From a cyanobacterium endosymbiont of Epithemia turgida isolate EtSB Lake Yunoko (lineage in GTDB: Bacteria; Cyanobacteriota; Cyanobacteriia; Cyanobacteriales; Microcystaceae), in assembly GCF_000829235.1 (NCBI RefSeq), contig NZ_AP012549.1, forward strand, positions 270,001 through 302,000: a DNA stretch of 32,000 nt, given 5' to 3'. This document shows positions 1 through 11,170 of the stretch, one piece after another. A program made the position numbers and the translations under genes. The notes beneath the pieces are model-generated. The model had not been told where the DNA came from. It made no database searches and saw nothing but the letters and a program-made list of their open reading frames with translations. How positions within the stretch are numbered: the first letter of the stretch is position 1; every line of letters starts with the position of its first letter.

Positions 1-1084
<1,084 letters not shown>

Positions 1085-1269
1085 TCAAGATAAACTAGTA
1101 ATGAAGTTATTTTACTCAGTATTGCTTCATAAAAACAATACTAGAATTATCGGGTGGTAAGCCTCACTTGATCTAAGTTATAGAGGTAAAACAATGAGCG
1201 GATAACCCATCACAATTAGAGTTTTATACTTCTGATTATTTAGTTTAAAAAGTTATAAGTGGTCAACCA

Positions 1270-1329
1270 CATCCTCTCTATCGAGAGAGTCTAAAAATAC
1301 AATTTTAGACTCTCTCGATAGAGAGGATG
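1270..1329. terminator. Perfect 27-bp inverted repeat with a 6-nt loop, lying between convergent genes. Likely a bidirectional transcription terminator or RNA-stabilising hairpin.
   Basis: Positions 1270-1296 (catcctctctatcgagagagtctaaaa) are the exact reverse complement of 1303-1329, with loop atacaa. The repeat sits between the aspS stop (1084, +) and the aldehyde dehydrogenase stop (1354, -). No classical U-tract flanks it. Confidence 0.55.
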
Positions 1330-1353
1330 GAAAGGGTGAATTAAATAATTTAC

Positions 1354-2979
1354 TTATAAAATGAAATCAGTAGATAAGAAATTGGACTTATGTTCTCTGA
1401 CGATTTCAGAAATTAATTTTTTATTAATATCAATTTCTTTAGCTGCCACTAAAGTCCGGATGGAAAAAGCTCTTAAAGCATCATTAACCGATAAAGTTCC
1501 TTCTGCAGAATCTTTTCGTCCAGTGAACGGGAAACTATCAGGTCCCCGTTGACATTGACTATTTAGATTAACTCGACAAACTTGATTAACTAAGGGATCA
1601 ACTAATTGAGCGATCTCTTCTGTGTTCTGTCCAAAAATACTTACCTGTTGTCCGTAATCTGACTGCACTAAGTAGTCAATAGTAGTCTCAATATCATCAA
1701 AGGGAACAATGGGAATAACTGGTCCAAATTGTTCGACAGAATAAATTTTCATTTGTTCGTTGACAGGATAAAGAACTGCTGGATAAAAGAAGGTTTCGTT
1801 AATGGTTCCTCCTGCCTCATTAATCACATCAGCCCCATGTTTTTTGGCGTCTTCTACTAAGTCTTGAAGATACTGAGGTTTTCCTCTTTCAGCAATAGGA
1901 GTTAAGAAGACTCCTTCTTCCCACGGCATCCCAAATTTAAGGTTACTAATCGCCTCGATAAACTTGTCTAAAAACTTATCAATAATAGCAGTATGCACGA
2001 AAAGAATCTTAATAGCAGTACACCTTTGTCCATTGTAGGATAGAGTTCCTAGAATACATTCTTTAACAGTCAAATCTAAATCAGCGTGTGGTAAGATAAT
2101 CCCCGGATTTTTAGCTTCTAATCCCAAAATCGATCTGAGACGGTAAGATTTTGGGTGCTGTTTTTTAAGGTTGTTAGCCGCTTGACTACTTCCAATAAAA
2201 GCTAACGCATCTATTTTTCCTGACTCCATTAATGCAAGTGAAATCGTTCGACCTTTACCATAAATAGTATTAACAACTCCAGGAGGAAAAGCTTCTTTAA
2301 ACGCTTCCAGCAAGGGATAGTTTAATAATACCCCTGGACGGGGGGCTTTGACAACAACAGTATTCCCCATAATTAAAGCAGGAATTAGAGTCGTAAATGT
2401 TTCGTTGAGGGGATAATTAGCTGGTCCCATACTCAAGACAATCCCCAATGGTGCACGGCGAATTTGTCCTATAACTCCTTGGGTAATCTCAAAGCGCGAA
2501 GAAACTCGATCCAGATTTTTAAGAGCATCAATAGTATCTTCAATATAGTCAACAGTTCTGTCAAATTCTTTGCAAGAATCTGTATAAGATTTCCCAATTT
2601 CCCACATTAAAAGATTGACGACTTCTGCCCGTTTTTCCTTCATTCGATAAGCAAAGTCTTGGAGGCATTCAATTCGTTGACCAACGGGCATAGTTGGCCA
2701 TTTTCCACGTCCATTATCATAGGCTTTTGCTGCTGCATCTAAAGCAGATAAAGCTGCTTCTTCTCCTAAACATGGAAAGTCACCAATTTTTTTACGAGTT
2801 AATCCTTGAGGTGTTTTTAGGTAAATAGGAGATAAGGATTCTTCCATTTCTCCATTCCAAATCTCTAGTTTTCCATTGATTAGATATTCCCGTTGTTCGA
2901 TAGAATTTTCTAGGTAAAATTCTGGAGGAATATTTTCAAGAGAAGGAAAAATATTGTTGATTTTTGCAAAAATACTCAT
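1354..2979 (-). CDS. Aldehyde dehydrogenase family protein resembling non-phosphorylating NADP-dependent glyceraldehyde-3-phosphate dehydrogenase (GapN-like), 541 aa.
   Basis: ALDH catalytic region GQRCTAIK, the LGLEAKNP glutamate region, and a C-terminal QRGPDSFPFTGRKDSAEG block typical of GapN-type enzymes. The ORF is long and uninterrupted. Confidence 0.85.
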   Translation of the reverse strand: MSIFAKINNIFPSLENIPPEFYLENSIEQREYLINGKLEIWNGEMEESLSPIYLKTPQGLTRKKIGDFPCLGEEAALSALDAAAKAYDNGRGKWPTMPVGQRIECLQDFAYRMKEKRAEVVNLLMWEIGKSYTDSCKEFDRTVDYIEDTIDALKNLDRVSSRFEITQGVIGQIRRAPLGIVLSMGPANYPLNETFTTLIPALIMGNTVVVKAPRPGVLLNYPLLEAFKEAFPPGVVNTIYGKGRTISLALMESGKIDALAFIGSSQAANNLKKQHPKSYRLRSILGLEAKNPGIILPHADLDLTVKECILGTLSYNGQRCTAIKILFVHTAIIDKFLDKFIEAISNLKFGMPWEEGVFLTPIAERGKPQYLQDLVEDAKKHGADVINEAGGTINETFFYPAVLYPVNEQMKIYSVEQFGPVIPIVPFDDIETTIDYLVQSDYGQQVSIFGQNTEEIAQLVDPLVNQVCRVNLNSQCQRGPDSFPFTGRKDSAEGTLSVNDALRAFSIRTLVAAKEIDINKKLISEIVREHKSNFLSTDFIL

Positions 2980-4479
2980 GATGTTTTGTTATGTTGTTTA
3001 ACAACTTTAAAGATATATCAAATATCAAGTTGTTTAAAGATGTTCAATAAAATTTTAGCTGAGTTTAATAATTGCTTCTTTTGCATCTCATTGAGAAATA
3101 AGTTCACGCATTTTAATGATCCTCCTTCATCAACAACGATGGACAAACTAAAACGAGCACATTGATGCTATAGAATCTCTGAATTGGAAGAATAATAATT
3201 AAAATCAGTTTTTAATACCATAAGATTACTTTTATTAATACTTGCAACTACTAAATAGATAGTACTGATATTGTAGCCCCTTAGTTTAAAAATTTTATAT
3301 GCAGCATTTTTTACTTAATTAAAAACATTATTTTATATTTTTTTATGACTTAGATAAGCTTTGCCCCTTTACTGAAAAAAATTTAGTTTTTTCAATCAAA
3401 TGTATATGCTATTATATAGATATAATAGATGGTTCTCATCCCCTATGACTTTGGGCATGAATAATATTAAGATTAAAGTTTTATGCTAATAAAGAGAGGA
3501 AAAAGATTGTATCTAAACTAAATAGTTACTGAGCCCAATACCTTAGTGTTAAAAAATTCAATATCTTTCAAGTTAATATTAGATTAACACATCAATAGTG
3601 TTACTAACAATAAATAAGATTGCATTATAACAGCGTCTTATCATATCACTCAAGATATTTTTTTGACTCTCTTTTGCTGTAATGACTATCATGTCAGCAT
3701 TTTTTCCTCAAAGTCTATCTGAGTAATAGTTTATAGTCTATTGAAGACACAAAATACATGCTGTGTACTAGGTCCATAAGCCTTTCATACACTTTTTTTT
3801 GATTAATACATCTCAAAATTAATTTATCAAATTAGTTTTAACTCAAAGTATCATTAAGCATACACTGTCTTCACCTGTATACCAAGAATAATTGCTTCCT
3901 GAAGGCAAACAGTGGCAGAGTTTCTATCTTGAATGATAGAAACAACAACTTGATTAAATATGGCTAGCTCTGAAGAGAATTTAGTATCAATTCAAAGAAT
4001 ATACTAGATGATGAGCTTAGGCTAAAATTTAGTTCAAAAATACTTAATAATGAGTATAGATTCAAAATCTAAAAATTTGCTGTATCTCATTATTTTGTAA
4101 AGCTCAAAAAATTAAGTTTTTTCGAAAAATAAAAAAATATTTTCAACTCAAATATTAAGTAGTATTCGTTAGATAAACTTTTGTTATCAGACACAAACTA
4201 AAATTTATAAGAATGGATGTAGTAAATGATTTTGTAATTTAAAAACTGTAATCTTTATACTTTTTATGTTGAAGAGTTAAATGAGTTAGGACAAATAGCT
4301 GTTTGAAATAGTAAAAAAGTCATGAAAGTTATTCAAAATTGCTTATCAAGACTAAATGTTTTGACTTGTGTTCACTGACCTTTAAGACGTTACTGTAATG
4401 AGGAGTTTTTTAAAAACCTATGAGAGAGTTCAGGGTACAATAAAAAGCAAGCACATGAACTAAATAGTAAAAGTCCCCT

Positions 4480-5565
4480 ATGACGAGGCAATATACAATT
4501 ACCCTTCTTCCTGGTGATGGCATTGGTCCCGAAATCTTGACAGTTGCTGTAAAGATTCTACATCTCATCGGAGAACAGTTTGATATCAAATTTAATTTTA
4601 AAGAAGCCCTCATTGGAGGATCAGCGATCAGTGAGACGGGGAAGCCCCTTCCTGAAGAAACCTTAACCTGCTGTCGTAACAGTGATGCTGTTTTATTAGC
4701 TGCTATTGGGGGGTATAAATGGGATAATCTCCCTCGTCATCAACGTCCTGAAACAGGATTATTAGCTATTCGTGCTGGACTTAACCTCTTTGCTAACTTG
4801 CGCCCTGCGACCATTTTCCCCCAACTAATTGATGCTTCTTCCCTTAAACCAGAAGTGATAGGGGGAGTTGATATCATGGTGGTTCGAGAATTAACAGGGG
4901 GCATTTATTTTGGACAACCTAAAGGCATTTTCGAAACGGAAACAGGAGAAAAACGGGGAGTCAACACAATGGCTTATGTAGAGTCAGAAGTTGACCGTAT
5001 TGCCAAAGTTGCTTTTGAAACAGCCCAAAAACGAGGCGGTAAGTTATGTTCTATTGACAAAGCTAACGTCTTAGATGTGTCTCAATTATGGCGCGACCGT
5101 GTTAATCATATAGCATCCCAATATCCTGATGTAGAACTTTCTCACCTTTATGTTGACAACGCAGTTATGCAGTTAGTTCGCGCTCCCAAACAATTTAATA
5201 CTATTTTGACAAGTAACTTATTTGGGGATATTCTCTCCGATGCGGCGGCAATGTTAACTGGTAGTATTGGGATGTTACCCTCAGCTAGTTTAGGTTTAGA
5301 AAAACCAGGGTTATTTGAACCTGTCCACGGTTCAGCGCCTGATATTGCCGGACAAGATAAGGCTAACCCCCTCGCCCAAGTACTAAGTGCAGCCATGATG
5401 TTACGGTATGGATTAAATGAACCTAACGCGGCAAGTAAAATTGAACAAGGCGTATTAGAAGTGTTAGCTCAAGGCTATCGGACAGAGGATATTATGTCCC
5501 CACAGATGAAAGCAGTGGGATGTCAGCAAATGGGAGATATATTACTCAAAGTAGTAGAATCTTAA
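4480..5565 (+). CDS. leuB: 3-isopropylmalate dehydrogenase
   Basis: Motifs [20 protein letters not shown] and [14 protein letters not shown]. At 361 aa it is full length for LeuB. Confidence 0.97.
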   Translation: MTRQYTITLLPGDGIGPEILTVAVKILHLIGEQFDIKFNFKEALIGGSAISETGKPLPEETLTCCRNSDAVLLAAIGGYKWDNLPRHQRPETGLLAIRAGLNLFANLRPATIFPQLIDASSLKPEVIGGVDIMVVRELTGGIYFGQPKGIFETETGEKRGVNTMAYVESEVDRIAKVAFETAQKRGGKLCSIDKANVLDVSQLWRDRVNHIASQYPDVELSHLYVDNAVMQLVRAPKQFNTILTSNLFGDILSDAAAMLTGSIGMLPSASLGLEKPGLFEPVHGSAPDIAGQDKANPLAQVLSAAMMLRYGLNEPNAASKIEQGVLEVLAQGYRTEDIMSPQMKAVGCQQMGDILLKVVES

Positions 5566-5633
5566 TGTCTAAGATATTCGTCTTCGAGTGGGTATTGACT
5601 GGTATGGAGATACAACAAGAGTCAGGTTGAGTT

Positions 5634-5909
5634 ATGGGGAATAAAACAGTGAAATATGCATATCAAACACCAAATGCCAAACAACAAAAAATGCAACTGC
5701 CTATCACTATTGACTGCGCTATTTTAAGAGCGGCGCAGCGTATTTATAGGGACTATTGTGTTTTTCATCCAAAACATAATAAAAGGCCTTACGGCATTGC
5801 CATTGATCGCCAAAGCAAACGAGGACAACTAATCTTTCGAGAAAACCCTGTTCTCTTACCTGGAGAAAGTTTTGTCTCGACTAATCAATTTGAAGTTAAA
5901 ATTAATTGA
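5634..5909 (+). CDS. Hypothetical protein, 91 aa
   Basis: An intact ORF immediately downstream of leuB. Its base composition resembles the neighbouring genes rather than the AT-rich spacers. I recognise no motif. Confidence 0.4.
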   Translation: MGNKTVKYAYQTPNAKQQKMQLPITIDCAILRAAQRIYRDYCVFHPKHNKRPYGIAIDRQSKRGQLIFRENPVLLPGESFVSTNQFEVKIN

Positions 5910-6304
5910 CTTTACAATAACTACATACTTTACACAAACATAAATTTATGGAGATCACAAATTATTTACTTGAGCATTTGTAAGTTATTTCATTCTCTTC
6001 TGATAACTATTCAATATATTTTATATTGTCTTTTTTTCTAATTTGTTACCTATAATTTTTTAAAAAAATATTGAAAAATTATTTTTATAATTATAACTTA
6101 TAATAAGTTTATCCCAACTAACTTTCTATCCTCTTGTCTTTAAATAAATGTAAAATCTCTATTTTTGTTCTTGTTTTCAAGTACATTTTTTACTACAAGT
6201 TATCTTTAATAGTTTTTTTCTTCTAATTATGTTAGTCTGACTTTTAGGTGGACTTACATCTATGTAGTTACTCTTTTTAAAAGATTTTTCTATTTTAGAC
6301 TTAT

Positions 6305-6334
6305 TTGAATTTACCTATTTGTTAGGTATAGAAT
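6305..6334 (+). promoter_or_regulatory. Candidate sigma70-type promoter (TTGAAT-N18-TAGAAT) in front of a structured leader or sRNA candidate
   Basis: ttgaat at 6305-6310 and tagaat at 6329-6334, 18 nt apart. The downstream ~200 nt contains three consecutive stem-loops and ends in a T-run just before the glucosidase start. Confidence 0.25.
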
Positions 6335-6574
6335 AGCTGTGGTGACTTGTTAGGAGACATCATCAGTTAATATTGATGATGTAGCAGGGTGCCATATAGG
6401 CATTAAATAGTTGTTGATGGCAACAACATAGCAAAAAACAAGATTCTAATTAACAGTTATTTGTTTTTGAGCAGTTGGTGCGAGTCGAAACTCTTATCAT
6501 CAAAGGCCTTCTAATCTACTTCTCGATTTTAGCTTTGTTTTTTTTAACCTTCGTTTTTTGAGGTGACTACTCTA

Positions 6575-8245
6575 ATGTCTAGTTTCCAATCAAAATATCC
6601 ATGGTGGTATGGATGCGTAATCTATGAAATTTATATTCGTAGCTTTTACGATAGCAATGATGATGGGGTAGGAGATTTACAAGGAATCATAAAAAAAATC
6701 GATTATTTAGGGTCTCTTCCCATTGATGCTCTTTGGATCACGCCTTTTTATCAATCTCCGATGAAGGATTATGGATATGATATCTCAGATTATTATTCGG
6801 TTGATCCTCTGTTTGGAACTCTAGAAGATTTTGAGGAATTAATTGAGAAAGCCCACGCTCGCAATCTTAGAATTGTAGTCGATCAGGTATGGAGTCATAC
6901 CTCTGATATACACCCTTGGTTTATTGAAAGTTCTTCTGATCGCTATAATCCTAAAGCAGATTGGTATATTTGGGCTGATTCTAACCAAGGAGATGTTCCC
7001 AATAATTGGTTATCAATTTTCGGGGGAACTGCTTGGAAATGGTGTGAATCTCGCCAGCAATATTATCTCCATAATTTTATCGATAGCCAACCTGATCTCA
7101 ACTGGCATAACCCTGATGTCGTCAGAGAAATTATGAAAGTAGGAGAATTTTGGCTAGCAAAGGGGGTTGATGGGGTACGTCTTGATGCCTGTAATTATTA
7201 CATGCATGATCAAAGTTTACTAGATAATCCGACTCGTACCAAAGGAATGCCTAATCAAGATGGAGTTTCTTCTCTTAATCCGTACTCTAAGTTTATTAAC
7301 CTCCACAATATGAACGAGGTTAAAAACATCAAATCTTTAAGACGCATCCGCAAAACCTTGAATAAATACCCTGAAACCTTTGCTATTGGAGAGATTGTGG
7401 CGGCTGATGATCCAATGCGCCAAACGGTTGAGTATATTCGGGGGTCAAATCGATTACATACAGCGTACAATAGTGCTTTGTTAGTTAATGAGAAACTAAG
7501 TCCAAAATTAATTGCCAGGGTGATCGAAGATTTATCTCTTCATCTCGAAGCGGATGAGGAAGAGATGATCTGTATCACTATGAGTACTCATGACTTTCCT
7601 CGTGCTAGGTCAAGATGGAAACCGAATGATGATTCTCTAATTCCAGCTTTTGAGAAAATGCTCATTTCTTTGTTACCTACCTTGCGGGGCATCATTTGTA
7701 TTTATCAAGGGGAAGAATTGGGGCTAACAGAAACCAATGTCTCTAAAGAGAAGATGAAAGATCCTTTTGGTATTTTCTTTTATCCTTATTTTGCGGGACG
7801 CGATGGCTGTCGAACTCCTATGCCTTGGGAATCAAATAAAAAAAACTTTGGTTTTACAAATAATGAGGAACCTTGGCTTCCTGTAGATGAACAATATCAG
7901 TCTCTTGCAATTTCGGCTCAAGAAGAAAGAGAAGATTCTATGCTTAACTATTTTCGATTTTTCCTAGAATGGCGTAATCGTCAACCGGCTTTAAAATATG
8001 GGTCGGTGGAATTGATTGAAGTCGGAGATAGTATCTTATCCTTCTTAAGAAAAACTCCTGATCAAGAACTTCTTTGTGTCTTTAATATTAGTGAACAAAT
8101 AATTTCCTATCTCATTTCTTTTCGGTATGGAAAGGCAATCGTCGGGTCTAATATTACAAGTTTCCCCACAACCAATTTGGGTAATGGACAAAGAACCGTT
8201 GAAATGGAACCTTTTGGCTTTGGCATCTTCGAACGAGAATCTTAA
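6575..8245 (+). CDS. GH13 alpha-glucosidase (oligo-1,6-glucosidase / alpha-amylase family)
   Basis: GH13 conserved regions are present: VVDQVWSHTS (region I), GVDGVRLDA (nucleophile Asp), AIGEIV (acid/base Glu) and STHDFPR (region IV). I prefer the ATG at 6575, which has GAGG about 10 nt upstream; the in-frame GTG at 6563 is the alternative. Confidence 0.9.
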   Translation: MSSFQSKYPWWYGCVIYEIYIRSFYDSNDDGVGDLQGIIKKIDYLGSLPIDALWITPFYQSPMKDYGYDISDYYSVDPLFGTLEDFEELIEKAHARNLRIVVDQVWSHTSDIHPWFIESSSDRYNPKADWYIWADSNQGDVPNNWLSIFGGTAWKWCESRQQYYLHNFIDSQPDLNWHNPDVVREIMKVGEFWLAKGVDGVRLDACNYYMHDQSLLDNPTRTKGMPNQDGVSSLNPYSKFINLHNMNEVKNIKSLRRIRKTLNKYPETFAIGEIVAADDPMRQTVEYIRGSNRLHTAYNSALLVNEKLSPKLIARVIEDLSLHLEADEEEMICITMSTHDFPRARSRWKPNDDSLIPAFEKMLISLLPTLRGIICIYQGEELGLTETNVSKEKMKDPFGIFFYPYFAGRDGCRTPMPWESNKKNFGFTNNEEPWLPVDEQYQSLAISAQEEREDSMLNYFRFFLEWRNRQPALKYGSVELIEVGDSILSFLRKTPDQELLCVFNISEQIISYLISFRYGKAIVGSNITSFPTTNLGNGQRTVEMEPFGFGIFERES

Positions 8246-8628
8246 TTAAGTATTATTATTTTGATGCTTCTTCTACTATTGTTAGCAGGAGCGTCAAAAA
8301 AGGGAATCATTTTAATCTTAAGTTTTGCAAAATAAATGATATGGTGGCTAACTTAAAATTTGTTCAAGGATTTCTAATAAATAAAAATAACTTAGCTAGG
8401 TTTCCAACAATAAACACAATCAGAGCAATTGATGAGTTGCGACAATGAGTTTTCGACTATCTAGTCTCTAAATCAGTTACTTCTTTTCAAAGAGTCCTTA
8501 TTTTTCAGTTGATTTCCTTTTAATTTCTATCTATTCTGTCCTTAATCAACTTAAGAATTTCCATCTATACAAATAAGTCACTATAATGGATTCATTGGGT
8601 AGATTGCTAATTAGTGGATTGATTATCA

Positions 8629-9318
8629 TTAAATTGGTAATTGTTGAATATCTCTGTTGGAACCAATAATAACCATCACTAAGTTTTTATCAAGTTTTTC
8701 TTGGGGAGTAGGATTTATTTTGAATTTATCTTCTTTTCCAGTAGCCAAAACATTTATTTTATAACGATTCCTAAGATTTAATTCCTCGATTGTTTTTCCG
8801 TGAAACTCTTCAGGAACCCAAATTTCTACAATACTGTGATCAGGATCAAGATCAAACCGTTCAAGAATAGCTGGTTTTGTCAGAGTATAAGCCAATTCAC
8901 ACCCAGCATGATATTCAGGAAAGACCACTAAATCTGCTCCCACCCGTTCCAATAACTTTCCATGAATCTTAGAAGATGCTTTAGCAACAACCCATTCAAC
9001 ACCGCCCTCTTTTACGTTGAGGGCCGTAACAATACTTTCTTCTAAATAATTCCCAATAGCCACAATTACCGTATCAAATTCGAAAATTCCAGCCTCTTTT
9101 AAAGCATTAGGTTGAGTTGAATCTAACTGAATAGCACTAGAAGCAATTTTCTCATTTAAAACTTGTGCTACTAGAGATTCTTTAATGTCAGTTCCTAATA
9201 CTTCATAGCCCAGTTTATAAAGTGTTCCAGAGACAGCTCGTCCAAAACGGCCTAAACCAATAACCGCAAATTGACGAGTCTCTCGACGAAGATTATTCAA
9301 AAAGTTTAAGGATTTCAA
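8629..9318 (-). CDS. ktrA: Ktr/Trk potassium uptake system, peripheral NAD-binding subunit (TrkA-N/TrkA-C, KtrA type)
   Basis: N-terminal Rossmann motif VIGLGRFGRAV, a length of 229 aa, and a position directly downstream of a TrkH/KtrB-type gene on the same strand. Confidence 0.9.
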   Translation of the reverse strand: MKSLNFLNNLRRETRQFAVIGLGRFGRAVSGTLYKLGYEVLGTDIKESLVAQVLNEKIASSAIQLDSTQPNALKEAGIFEFDTVIVAIGNYLEESIVTALNVKEGGVEWVVAKASSKIHGKLLERVGADLVVFPEYHAGCELAYTLTKPAILERFDLDPDHSIVEIWVPEEFHGKTIEELNLRNRYKINVLATGKEDKFKINPTPQEKLDKNLVMVIIGSNRDIQQLPI

Positions 9319-9416
9319 TGTTCTCCCCCTATTCTTTTGTTAGTTAAAGAGTGCAGTTCTTCAATTCCTATTTTACCTTTTCTGGGTAACAATCACGAGA
9401 TAACTTAATCCATTCT

Positions 9417-10781
9417 TTACCCAACTAACAAACGTTCTTCAGGGTATTGAACAACTCTAGGATTAATTTCACCGACAATAGCTGCCATAAAGACAAGAAT
9501 ACCTACTCTCCCAGTATACATGGCTAAAATTATTAAAAGTTGTGACAGGGAAGAAAGGCTGGCGGTAATCCCGGTGGAAAGTCCCACTGTAGTAAAGGCT
9601 GAAATTACCTCAAATAAAACTTGAAATGAACTGACCTCAGTATCAAAAAAAGCCGGGTGAAAACTAATCTCAATAAAGGAGATGAGAAAAGTAATAGAAA
9701 TTACCGTAATGGTTGAACCAAAAACAACAGCTACTGCTTTTAAGATTAGAGAAACTGGAATCTCACGCTTATACATAACTACTTGATCGTTACCTCGTAA
9801 AACTGAACGGGTACAGTTAGTTAAAATCCGAAGTGTTGTAGTTTTAATTCCTCCTCCTGTTCCGCTAGGACTTGCACCAATAAACATAAAACCCATGGTT
9901 AAAAATAGTCCAGAAATTGTCATTCCTCCAATATCAATACTATTAAACCCAGCAGTTCTAGTTGTTACAGATTGAAACCATGCACCCAATAATTTACTTT
10001 TAAAATTTAGTGATGCTAAGGTGTTCTGATTTTTATATTCAACCAATAGAAACATGATCGTTCCCAGTATCAGTAAAAATGCTGTGGTGCTAATAACCAC
10101 TTTGAAGTTAAGAGATAAAAAAACTCTTTCTCTACGCTTTGTAATTTTGTGTAAAATCCAAAGATATAGCTCAATAATAACTGAATAGCCAATGCCTCCC
10201 AAAATAATCAAAAAAGCGACAACGAGATTAATTGTTAGAGAATCTTGAAAACCAACCAAACTATCTAGAAATAAACTAAATCCAGCATTATTCCAGGCAC
10301 TAATACTATGAAAAATAGATATCCATAATGCACTAATTTTTCCATATTTTTCTTTAAAGAAATTAAATAATAGTAAAGCTCCTACAATTTCAAAAACAAG
10401 AGTCATCCCAATAATAGAACGAATAATTGTTTTGCTATTTTCTTGGCGAAGGGGACGATCTAAAGATTCTTGAATAGCTAATTTTTGTCGAAGATCAAAT
10501 CGCCGACCAGTCAATAATATCAAAAAAGTTGTTGTTGTCATATATCCTAATCCTCCTATTTGAATTAATAGCAGGATAATCAATTGTCCCCAAAAAGAAA
10601 AGTAGCTCCCTGTATCAACTACAATCAAGCCAGTTACACAAACAGCAGAAGTTGCTGTAAATAAGGCAATAATAGGGTTATTCCAATGATAATCATAAGT
10701 AGAAAATGGCAAAATCAACAAGAGAGTTCCAACTGAAATAACAGCTAAAAACCCTAAACAAATAGTACGAGCAATAGTCAT
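9417..10781 (-). CDS. ktrB: Ktr/Trk potassium transporter membrane subunit (TrkH family, KtrB type)
   Basis: A polytopic hydrophobic protein with four repeated pore-loop-like glycine motifs (TGL, GGLGY, TAGFN, GGGIKT). It is followed by ktrA after 98 nt. Confidence 0.9.
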   Translation of the reverse strand: MTIARTICLGFLAVISVGTLLLILPFSTYDYHWNNPIIALFTATSAVCVTGLIVVDTGSYFSFWGQLIILLLIQIGGLGYMTTTTFLILLTGRRFDLRQKLAIQESLDRPLRQENSKTIIRSIIGMTLVFEIVGALLLFNFFKEKYGKISALWISIFHSISAWNNAGFSLFLDSLVGFQDSLTINLVVAFLIILGGIGYSVIIELYLWILHKITKRRERVFLSLNFKVVISTTAFLLILGTIMFLLVEYKNQNTLASLNFKSKLLGAWFQSVTTRTAGFNSIDIGGMTISGLFLTMGFMFIGASPSGTGGGIKTTTLRILTNCTRSVLRGNDQVVMYKREIPVSLILKAVAVVFGSTITVISITFLISFIEISFHPAFFDTEVSSFQVLFEVISAFTTVGLSTGITASLSSLSQLLIILAMYTGRVGILVFMAAIVGEINPRVVQYPEERLLVG

Positions 10782-11170
10782 AAAAAAAAATAGTAAGTAA
10801 CGATAAAAACCAATAAAACATGGCTTTTTAGATTATTTCTGACAACTTTATAATAAAAAAATCTGAAAGTATTACTTTACAAGATTTCTACGATCCTTAA
10901 AACTTGATCTTTATCAAAATTAAGTTTTGAGAATAACATAAGACAGTCAGAATAAAAATTTTAACTGCATTATGTCACTAACTTATCATACTAAGTCTAG
11001 AAGAGCCAAGAATATTACTTATGAGTCTGAAACTTATTTGTTATTAAGTGAAGGGTGACATATTGTTCCCTCATTACTAGCTGAAAGTCTAGCGTTGATT
11101 CGGTAACTTTATCAATAAATAAAGCTCAATTTGGCACTTATCTATTTTTGACATAAGTAGTCTTAATCAT

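Noticed and set aside
3375-4125. Two similar A6-7/T6 hairpins within the same spacer: gaaaaaaatttagttttttc at 3375-3394 and caaaaaattaagttttttc at 4106-4124.
   Set aside because: These are homopolymer-based low-complexity sequences in roughly 75-80% AT DNA. Both the similarity and the self-complementarity are expected by chance.
6465-6500. A tRNA-like fragment (gagcagttggtgcgagtcgaaactc), with agttggt resembling a D-loop and tcgaaa resembling a T-loop.
   Set aside because: No acceptor stem, anticodon arm or 5-bp T stem can be drawn. At best it is a badly deleted tRNA relic, and it is more likely coincidence.
8262-8306. A hairpin after the glucosidase stop (tgatgcttct ... aggagcgtca, 10 bp including two G-U pairs).
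   Set aside because: On the plus strand it is followed by an A-run rather than a U-tract. On the minus strand the G-U pairs become C-A mismatches. It is not convincing as a terminator for either convergent gene.
8629-10781. The idea that the LpxB-related gene at 18565 could be the third Ktr subunit (KtrE) because ktrAB are nearby.
   Set aside because: The Synechocystis KtrE gene is, as far as I recall, the GT4 enzyme DgdA, not this family. The genes are also about 8 kb apart on opposite strands, so no link is supported.
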